From: Octopus sinensis
Taxonomy: Eukaryota
Length of the DNA: 64,000 nucleotides
Assembly: GCF_006345805.1 (NCBI RefSeq)
Contig: NC_042998.1
Coordinates: 109,306,001-109,370,000, forward strand
Reading direction: 5' to 3'
A model generated the notes under the pieces. It made no database searches, had not been told where the DNA came from, and saw only the letters and a list, made by a program, of their open reading frames with translations. A program made the translations under genes and the position numbers. Below are positions 53,887-64,000 of the stretch, one piece after another. How positions within the stretch are numbered: the first letter of the stretch is position 1; each line of letters begins with the position of its first letter.

Positions 53887-54180
53887 TTTAAGCAATATTT
53901 CAGCAACCACATACCCTTCTTTAGGATAGAGGAAGCACAACATCATGTCCCAGGCCACCTACATATGGCATTTAAAGAAGGAGTGCATGCCATACAGTAT
54001 TAAATGGAGGCTCCTAAAACAACCAGAGGAATGCCTCAGCAAGATAAATGCCTCAGCTTTGCTTGGTTGAGAGAGTAAGAATCTTGAAAAACTCACTTGA
54101 TCTGAAGACATTTTTAAACTCCAGAAGAGAAGTGTTTAGCCAATGCCCTTATCAAAAGTATATCTTGTTTCAAGCTTGTA
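53887..54180 (+). mobile_element. Penelope-like element, GIY-YIG endonuclease C-terminal remnant (frameshifted)
   Basis: Across frames: FKQYFSNHIPFFR / YIWHLKKECMPYSIKWRLLK / FLNSRREVFSQCPY, resembling the PLE pattern FK.R..NH..SF / YIW.LK....YSIKW.IL / LLN.RSE..S.C.H. Confidence 0.7.
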
Positions 54181-55959
54181 ATTCTCCATTTGCCAAATAG
54201 GAATATATCACCAGCTTTGAAAAGTGTTACAGACACAGCTGGAACCAATGTAAGGGGGATAACTCCACTCCACCCAAACACTTACCAATAGAGGTTGTTC
54301 CAGGTATTTTTTGTTTACAAAATTAAATGTGCATGAGGTTTTCCTCCCTCCAGTTATAAGAAAGGTTATGTACCTCTGACCATTTGAGTCTAATAAGTCG
54401 ACTATACAGTTAAGTGCTTTATAGGTGTGAAACCAATTGTCACGCTCTGACTGACCATAACAAACAGCCTTCTAAAAATGTGTATGTGTGTTCACACACA
54501 CATATGTATATATTGTATATTTAGGTTGATGCTGTGAGTTGAAATTTTCAATGAATGCAATTACTTCTTTTGATAAGTTTACACTGAACAGAAAAAAAAC
54601 TTGGTCTTCTCACCAAGATTGATTTGTCTGCAGAAGTAGCTGAATTCAATGGAAATGCCAAAGTAACAGACTATAGGATTAACCAACATATACTATAGCA
54701 ATCTGCAGATCAATGCACAAGTGCAATAGTCAGCATGGAACTATCACTAACATTTTGACCAGTTACCATAATCAGGAATATGCTGTTGCACAATATAAAA
54801 GATATGTTTGTATGTTCTTTACACTTGACAGATGTTTTGATGGGTTTGTTCCATGACTATTACTTGTGTGTGTGTGTGAATGTATGTATGTATGTATGTA
54901 TATGTGCACGCATGTATGTATGTATTTTAGTTTGCATTAAAGTGAATTACAATAATGCAAAAATTATTCATACAGCTCTCAGGTAGATTGGAACAACATT
55001 ATTTATTCAGAGATAAAGCTGTATGTGCTACTTGAGAAAGGTTCTCATTCCTGCTCCTCAGGCACCTCAAGATTGGAATCATGTAACTTTGAGTTTTAAC
55101 TTCTGCAGACTCATTTTAGTATAAGGTATGATTTGTTGTGAAGATTTTGTGTAGTTTTGAGAAACCTTAGAATCTTTAGTTTGTTCAGCTACAAAGAGCA
55201 TAGCTGTATGCCATAAAATAATTCAGGAGATTTTTAAGGCATTGATTAGTATGTTATTAATTTGAGGCTGTAAATTTTGTAGGCATATCAGATTGATTGG
55301 TGGATATCTGAATGTAATTTTTCATGTGAAATCGAATTATAAGGTATAAAACTGATATTTATTATGAGACTGCATGTTGGAATATATATCAGAAGACAGT
55401 TCAACATCACTACTCAGAATCCCATTTGACGAGTTAAATTTTCCCCATTTTTGACTGTATTAATTATATATATGCACATGGGTTTATGTATATGAATATG
55501 TATATATACTGGGATGCATATCTATGCTTATACATGTGTTTGTGGCTATTCCAATGAACATGTTAGTCTTGAGATGGCTGAATCAATACATGTGTGATAT
55601 CTGAGCAGTTAAAGTTTTCTTCTACATAACATTATTTCCAGATATCTCATGACCATATCAGAAAACAAATATTTTCATAGAACTTAATATTAATTATATC
55701 TATACAGATAGTGTATATTGTATATAGCAACTCCTATGATGAAAGAATTTTAAGGGACACTGACAAAGCATCATATTGCCCAGCAATAATAAACAAAAGA
55801 TATCCCAGTTTATAAGATTAGTAATTTACACAAAATGTTTTAATTGTTTTATTCTAGGCTAAATAGCTTTTGAACAAAAGTCAATGCCTGAAGATATCAT
55901 GACTATATCATAACAGTAAAAAATATTTAAATATATATCTATGTGTAAGTGTGTGGGAA

Positions 55960-56062
55960 GGTGTAGTGAAAGGTTAAGAAGTTTGCTTTGCAGTCACAAA
56001 GTCCTGTGTTCACTCCCACTGCATAGCATCTTAGGAAAGTCTCTTTACTATAGCCTCAGTCT
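55960..56062 (+). mobile_element. Decayed SINE family A head
   Basis: ggttaagaagtttgctttgcagtcac...ttcactcccactgcatagcatcttaggaaagt..tactatagcctc. Confidence 0.55.
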
Positions 56063-56210
56063 AATCTTATCTTATGGTGATTCTGCCTGATGATTACATT
56101 AAAGATACACATCTTCTGGATAATAATCAACTACTTGCATGCTATCAAGTAGTTTAATCAACTGAGCAACTGAATACTTATCATTGAAATTGAGAGATAA
56201 CACAGATAAG

Positions 56211-56247
<37 letters not shown>

Positions 56248-57245
56248 CACGCATATGTAAGAGAGGGGGAGAGAGAGATGAGGAAGAGAGGGAGAGAGAG
56301 GGAGAGAGAGGGAGAGAGAGAGTGTGTGTGTGTGTGTGCAAGTAACAAATATGATTTTAATATAAATCTTTCATTTTTCTGAGATACGGTTTGAAATAGG
56401 GTATCATCATGCTGTATATACCCTATTTCAATTATATGATATTGATTTGTAAAATTGCATACAGTGATTTTTAGTGACAGGTATTATCACTTGTTCATAT
56501 ATATATTTTTTAAAGATTAGTTGTGTTCATGAATTTCAAGACTGATGACATTAATGAAGCTTATGCTTTGAGGTTAAAAATCTGGAGGTCTGTAAGAAAG
56601 AAATGGTTTAATATTCTGTGGAAGAAGGATTGGAGAAAAAGTAGAAGAGATGAGAAAGAGGTGCCAAGCAGTCTTTCATTGTGTGATATGCTGCGAGTAT
56701 AAGCTATTGCAATTGTGAAACAATAGTCAGAAAAAAAGTAGACAGCATATACATACAAGCACCATCTCAGATAGCCTATCTATTTAGCTGGAACATAGGT
56801 TTGAAGTGGGAAAGCTAAAAATAGCTATATATGTCCACTTATTTGACAATGCTCACATACAAAATTCATCAAACATTGCAGTTCTCATGTGTATATGTAT
56901 GTGTGTAAAATATGTATGCATGGGAGGACAGTTTTGCTTTTGGACATGAGTAAGAACAACTGAATAATTATCATTTTAATCAGTTATTTTCATATTTTTG
57001 TATGAGAAATTTCAGTGAGTTTGGAACAGTCAAGTTCTAAAATCCATTATCAATCTTTCTAGACTTTTATAAACTCCATTTCAGGGTGAAAAAGTAAATT
57101 GTGATGATGGACTTAAGAACTTCACTTTTGCAATCAATCTCAATACAAAATATGAAAATCATTTTGTTAACGTATTAAGTAATTGTATCTTCAATACCTT
57201 GTGTGTGTGCGCATGTATGTATGTATATATGTATGTATGTGTGTG

Positions 57246-57284
<39 letters not shown>

Positions 57285-57943
57285 ATATAAAGATAATAGT
57301 TAGATATATAAACATATATATCATCATCATCATCATCATTATCGTTTAGCGTCTGTTTTCCATGCTAGCATGGGATGGACATAACATATATATATATATA
57401 TATATAATATATATATATATATAAGTATACATAGGTGTCTAGGTGTCTATGTCTGCTCAAGGCTTCATAGGCACCTGGGACAATTAGTGGAAGAATAGTA
57501 CAAGCTTTGAAGTCATAACATTCTTACTAATGGCTATAGTTGCAGTTTGTGTGTGCATGTGTATGTCTGTGTATGTTTGTGTGTGTTAGTGTATGTGTGT
57601 GTGTGTGTGTGTGCGTGTGTGTATGTGTGTGTGTGTGTGTATGTGTGTGTGTGTGTGTGATTGTGTGTGTGTGTGTGTAGGCAGATGCATGCATGTGTGT
57701 GCATGTATATATGTTTATGTGTGCATGTGTCTGTGCAATTCTTAACATATAAAGAGAATGATACAACAATTGAAAACAGTAATTCTCATTTTTTTCTTAA
57801 TGGAAACTGCGGTGAAGAAATTTTCTGGATACATTTAGAAATATATTTTAGATTTCATATTTATTTCAAACAGAAGCAATTAAATTAAGCACTTTAAAGT
57901 TATTTTTTATTATTACCTTTAGCATGTCTTAAACACCCCCATC

Positions 57944-57988
<45 letters not shown>

Positions 57989-58129
57989 ATTTCTTCCTGT
58001 TCCTCTTTTGATAAGTCATTCCTACTCATCACATCCTATCTCTAAAAGCCAGTATTTATTCACAGTATCTTCAATCCCTTTGCCTGTGCATTATTATTAT
58101 TATTATTATTATTACTATTACTATCATCA

Positions 58130-58211
<82 letters not shown>

Positions 58212-58432
58212 CATTATTTTTCCCTAACCCTGTCTGTCTGCCAGCCATACCACCTGCCTAAGTTCCTCCCTTATTGTTGACTGATGACTACATTCATTCT
58301 CAATTAAGCAAGCACTGACAACTTATAATTACTATCATATAAGCAAAATCAGTAAACAAGGAAAAATTTTAATAGACAGAAATTATATTGATAACTTGGA
58401 ATATAGATCATATATGGTATAATATATGCATG

Positions 58433-58463
<31 letters not shown>

Positions 58464-59190
58464 GTAGCTGTGCATATATTGACATTTGAAATTATATTCA
58501 GGCTCTTTTTTCCTCTCCCTCTGTTTCACAATCTTTTAAATTTGAACACGTCTTTACATTACCTATTTTATTACAACATTCCTCTGCTAGTGAAATCAAT
58601 ATTTATGATATCTAAAACTTATTCTAGTTAAGCACATTAGGAAACTTAAATGAGTCTTTTCTTATAATTTATATGTATATATACATATATACATATTTAC
58701 ATATTTATATCTATATACATATGTATATGCTTTTACATTTTGAGAGAAAACAAAAAAAAATTCAACATCTTTTGCATGCATTTTTTTTCTTAACCTCACT
58801 AGAACAAACGAGTTTCTTCCTCATGTCTTGATTGTGGTTTGCTGTTTTAATTGTAATCAATTAAATCACCATTGCATCTGCTTTGTGTTGATTTCTCTGC
58901 TTCTAGACTTTTTTGGTACTTTTGCATATATATGTATATACAAAACATTTTTTTCACTCTCTCTCTCCATATATATATATGTGCAAACATTTTTCCTAAA
59001 ATTCTTTTTTCTTTTATTTTTTTTTTTTGCATGTAATGCTTTCTTCTTGGTTTTTGAAACCAATGCTTAGGCTGAACAATAGAATCGTTTTAGTAACAGC
59101 TTGTTAGATGAATTTTTGTGTGTGGTGTGTTAATGTGTGAGTTTACATTTGTGTGGATGTGTTTGTATATGTGTGCAAACTTAAAGACAG

Positions 59191-59222
<32 letters not shown>

Positions 59223-59390
59223 ATATATACATATATAATATTCAAGTACTAAACTCAATGAGCATATGGGTTGATAATAGTATGTGTGGGGCTCATGAAT
59301 TTCTGCCAGAAAGTCAGAATAACAATAAAAACTTGCCAATCAATTCAAATAATTTAATTATTTGTGTGTGTGTATACATATATGCATATA

Positions 59391-59435
<45 letters not shown>

Positions 59436-59520
59436 TATATATATATAATATATATATATATACATATATATACATATATATACATATATATACACACATA
59501 TATATATGTGTATATACATA

Positions 59521-59588
59521 TGTGTATATACACATATATATATGTGTGTATATATATGTATATATATGAATATGCATACACATATATT

Positions 59589-59672
<84 letters not shown>

Positions 59673-59740
59673 AATATATGTGTATGCATATTCATATATA
59701 TACATATATATACACACATATATATATGTGTATATACACA
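59521..59740. repeat. ~220-bp palindrome: perfect 71-bp arms around a (TA)n core, within a 620-bp TA/CA microsatellite field
   Basis: 59521-59591 is the exact reverse complement of 59670-59740. Confidence 0.85.
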
Positions 59741-59847
59741 CACATACATATACATGTGTGTTAGTGTGTATATACATATGTATATATATATACATTTATA
59801 TATATATACATATATATACATACATATATATACATATATATATATAC

Positions 59848-59926
<79 letters not shown>

Positions 59927-59935
59927 TATATAGAC

Positions 59936-59981
<46 letters not shown>

Positions 59982-62711
59982 GAAATTCATTGTCTAGCTT
60001 AAATAAAAAAACTGTTTATAATAGAAAACAATGTAAATTCCTATAAAATCAGTGTATGTAAGCAAGAGTCTTTGAACCTTTTTCTTTTATTCATTCATGG
60101 CAAAACTTTTTAATGGCACGTAATATTTTGCACATGCTCAAATGTTAAAACTTACAAATATTTTAAAATTTCAACAAAATTAATGGAACTTTTTTTTTGT
60201 TTGTGTTTAAGTATTTGTCTTTATTAATGATTATAATGTGTGGTTTGAGATACTGAATTTTAAAGCTAACATTTTAGATTGCTTTATGAAATTGTATTGC
60301 ATAATTGGCAGTTTAAAATGTGGTATGAACATTATTGAATTTTGGTATTTAAATTTACTATAACGTTTTCAAGATTTAAAGCTTAAATACAATCCTATTG
60401 TTTAAAACACAAAATATATATTCAATAACAGAAAAATGAATGTAAGACAACTTCAACAATCTACAAAGGTGCTTGTGTGGGGAATGTAAATCATACCAAG
60501 ATAGATCAATACTTAAAAAGTGTATGCTAGAAAGTAAATTGAGCCCTTAATTTCTAAATGTATAAAGATTAAAGAACATGTATATATTTAGAATTAAAGA
60601 TCAGCATACTTTTAATATTATATAAAATAAAAGTCATTTCTACAAATTAACAGTCAAAGTTTCATTCCACTATAAACCCTGAGAATGTGGTATCATGCAG
60701 ATTATACTCGGTGTAGTATACTCTCTTGTCACTTACAACACCATTGGAAACCTGGAACCAATGACACTATTATTAGCTAACAGTAATATAAAAAAGAAAA
60801 ATTTTTTAAATATATCAGTAAACTCACCTACTTCAGATCTCCAATTTTAAAAACAGTACTAAGGCAAGAGTAATTAATTTAGTGAGATAGAAAGAAAGCT
60901 GTCAGTGTTCAGTGATATTTTCTCAGATTTATTTTCAATATTTTTACATACTATATTACACAGAGCAAGCTTCATATATTTTGGAAGCTGTTTCTTATTT
61001 TTTTTGCTATATTTCAGAATGTTAATATCAAAATCAAGGACTTCTTAATATTATTATTATTACAATCATTATTATTATTATTATTATTAATATTATTATT
61101 AGTTAGTAGTTAGCATGGTTGCATCATTTCCTTTTCAGTTTGTGCTTAATCCTCCTGCCACAGGTTGTTCTCAATTTGAAATTATTGGAGAAAGTCTAAA
61201 ATGTTCTATTCATCTTCATCTTCATCTTATTTTTCTTCTTCTCTTCCTCCTTCTCCTCCTTATTCTTTTCCACCTCCAGTTTTTTCTCTTCTTCCTCCTC
61301 TGCCTCTTTCCTCTTCTTCTTCTTCTTCTTCTTCTTCTTCTTCTTCTTCTTCTTCTTCTTCTTCTTCTTCTTTTCCTTCTTTTTCTCTTCTTTTTTCACT
61401 TTTTTTGTAATTCTTTCCTTCTTGGAATGAAAAGTATTGTGTGCACTTGAATCAGAAAAGCATCTTTTATTCCATTAGATTTTTTTATCATCAAAACTAC
61501 TGTAAAATAAAAGTAAAAAAAGAAAAATTGAAAATAAAATAGTAATGATTACTTTTGAGTAAGTATAAGGCCAGCTTTGCAGGTTTATTGCTCATAACTG
61601 TTTTACCAACATCAGAGGGAGGAGAATTAAGCCAGTCATGTGTAATTGAAATTCAGAACAGTATGACTCTCATGTAGATTGCAAACAATATCTAGATTAG
61701 CATTTTGCTATCTCAGCAAAATAATAATAAATAACAACAACAATAGCAATAATAATATTTTATTTGCCACAAGAACGATTGATGAGAGAACATTAAAAGG
61801 ATGAATTAAAAGAATGGTGAGTATTTTCACAACATTAATGATAATAAAAAAAAACAGGAAACTAGGCGCAGACACAAAACTATACAAAAGGAATGAATTG
61901 AGATATCCTTATAGAGGAGAACCAACTGGGGCCAATCAAAGAACCACACAAATCTAGAATTACTCTGGCTACCAAGGACAAGTACACTCAATGGAAATAA
62001 TTTAAAATAACTCATTTTAATTCAATTTTCAAGACAAAGTATTTAGAGGTCAGAAAAACAAAACTGTATTAAGGATTCTTTTTAATAGCTTCTTTAAAAC
62101 TAGATTAAAATACCATGTTTCCTCACCTTGTTTCTGTCACTTTCATGAGATCATTTTAATATGTAACACTAGTTGTTCACTAGCCACGATTATGCATGTT
62201 TTCTGCTGATATGGTCCTTGAAAAGGTTCAGTGTACAAAATACAGGAAATTAAAATAAGATTTTAGAATCAGTTCCAGCTTCTCATATACCAATTTCAAT
62301 TTGAGTAAAAAAAGGTTCCCTTAAGGAGCTAAATCTACTGTACAAGAACTTATCATCATATCTTTCTCTAACCCTCTCTCTTTGCTCAATGGCTTTATGC
62401 TTAATCAAATTAATCAATAATATATTCATATATATCTATTTTATTTCAGATAACCTTATTATTGTTTTATAAAGATATATATATATATATATATTTATGT
62501 ATATATATATTCAAGATGATGAAATATTATTAAAAGATTGAATAATAGATCATTAACAGATGCGTGATAGCATATGATCAGTGGGATAAAGGAAAAACAT
62601 GACATGATACATTCATATTCATAAACACCTGCACACATACACACACACAGACACTCACTTATGTATATATACATATGCACACACACATATATATATATAT
62701 GTGTGTGTGTG

Positions 62712-62772
<61 letters not shown>

Positions 62773-64000
62773 CGAGTGAGTGGACAAACAGAAAATACAT
62801 TTTCAATACATTTAGTAGGAGCCAAATATATTATCATTTTAAACAGCTTGATTTGGCTCCATGTGACTTAAAGTTTCATATGCTTCTTACAGAAATCTTG
62901 CTTGCTATTTCAGAATGATTGTCAACTTGGCTCCCATCACCACCACCACCATCACCAACACTGCCATCATTGTTGATGTTATTGCCATCATCATTTTCAC
63001 TGTCTTCATCATCATTTTTCTCCCCATCATAATATCATATCTAATAGCACCATCATTTTCTCCCTAAGTTTGAATAACTATGCATCAAATAGCAATTTAA
63101 TCTCTCTCTCACTCTCTTTCACTCTCTCTCTCTCTCATGTAAACATGTTCACAACAGTTCTTAAGACTGATTCAGTTCCACAAAATCGAACATTTATGAC
63201 TTTAAGAACTGATGTGTACAAGCGTTTTACATATTTCCTCAGAACCAACCCACATAACCATCTCTGATTAAGTTGAAACACAAATTATATCACAACCAAG
63301 TGAATAAGAGAGTCCCAAATTGTCCATTCATCCTTCTAGAAATAGCAGCCAAATCTCTTAGCATCTTCAGTAGGTTTAATTAGAATTCTGTAAATCTGTT
63401 GATTGGCAGGACACCACTGATGATCTGGTCTTCTTGTAGATGATCAACGTGTGTCAATACTTTTCTTCTGTTGGTGATGGAGTGGTAACAGTAGTGATGA
63501 GGATAAAGACGTAGTACAGAGTGAGGATGCTGTTCAGTAAATTCAGAAAGGTTTTTTTCAAGTTTGGCATTTGAAACAAAAAAGTAAAAGACCAACTGAA
63601 TTAGCAGAATATATTTTACTTTTTGACATCAGTAATAGCTGGCCTATGACTACATTTCTTTGTCAAAAGTTTTGCAATATTTTCGTAACTTATTCAGCAT
63701 GTATAGTAAAGTCTGTGCTTCACTGATGGGGTAAAAAAAATCACAGCACATACAAAGTTGCTGTCCCTCCCACCTGTACTTGCTGAAATAATTTCAATAA
63801 TATAAGTCACTGATTAATGTTTTTTTTTCCTTCACTACATGATTATTTCTAGTTAACCAAGTAATGCTTTTTGTGTAAAAATATGCTAACACTAAACTAA
63901 CTAGTTTAAATATTGACTACTTCTTGCCAAAAATGAAAGACTTAGTCATTTTCAGATTTATTTACTAGAATTTCAGTATATTAGGATTTGATTTAAAAGG

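Larger units (their letters stand above)
1..64000. repeat. Dense microsatellites throughout: (TA)n/(CA)n/(TACA)n, (AAT)n, (ATC)n, (TC)n, (ACT)n, (CTT)n
   Basis: Examples: 8180-8460, 11405-11480, 11670-11770, 28803-28920, 30500-30860, 34420-34510, 43630-43820, 44750-44845, 46730-46870, 58090-58215, 59350-59975, 61315-61375. Confidence 0.98.

Noticed and set aside
60700-60790. Open exon-like stretch IILGVVYSLVTYNTIGNLEPMTLLLAN
   Set aside because: Weak acceptor, asymmetric phase, no similarity to HCN S5.
5900-62900. Many ORFs of YI/HT/CV/ER/N/D/K repeats in the ORF track
   Set aside because: Translations of microsatellites; no splice or compositional support.
63380-63595. Minus-strand 71-aa ORF / acidic + strand stretch
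   Set aside because: No recognisable motif; cannot be assigned.

Overview
AT-rich, microsatellite-saturated eukaryotic DNA. The repeat families (tRNA-derived SINEs, RTE LINE tails ending in (GAT)n) look like those of an octopus/coleoid cephalopod genome; that assignment is recognition and inference, not a database result. The window lies inside a + strand HCN (Ih) channel gene. One clear exon encodes the S4 voltage sensor (6628-6725). A 66-nt phase-0/phase-0 candidate cassette exon for the S4-S5 linker sits 37.8 kb downstream (44540-44605). By eye I found no other HCN exon, so most of the window is intron. The intron holds decayed RTE, CR1/L2, Gypsy, Tc1/mariner, hAT, piggyBac and Penelope-like elements, at least three SINE families, minisatellites and an ~810-bp tandem duplication. 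Almost all listed ORFs are microsatellite or TE artefacts. The most interesting unexplained structure is a set of short fold-back elements carrying minimal hammerhead-ribozyme cores of the Penelope type: 48248-48295 (near intact, antisense) and decayed copies at 38346-38388, 51022-51065 and 54386-54447. One of these also encloses a tRNA-like Pol III head.
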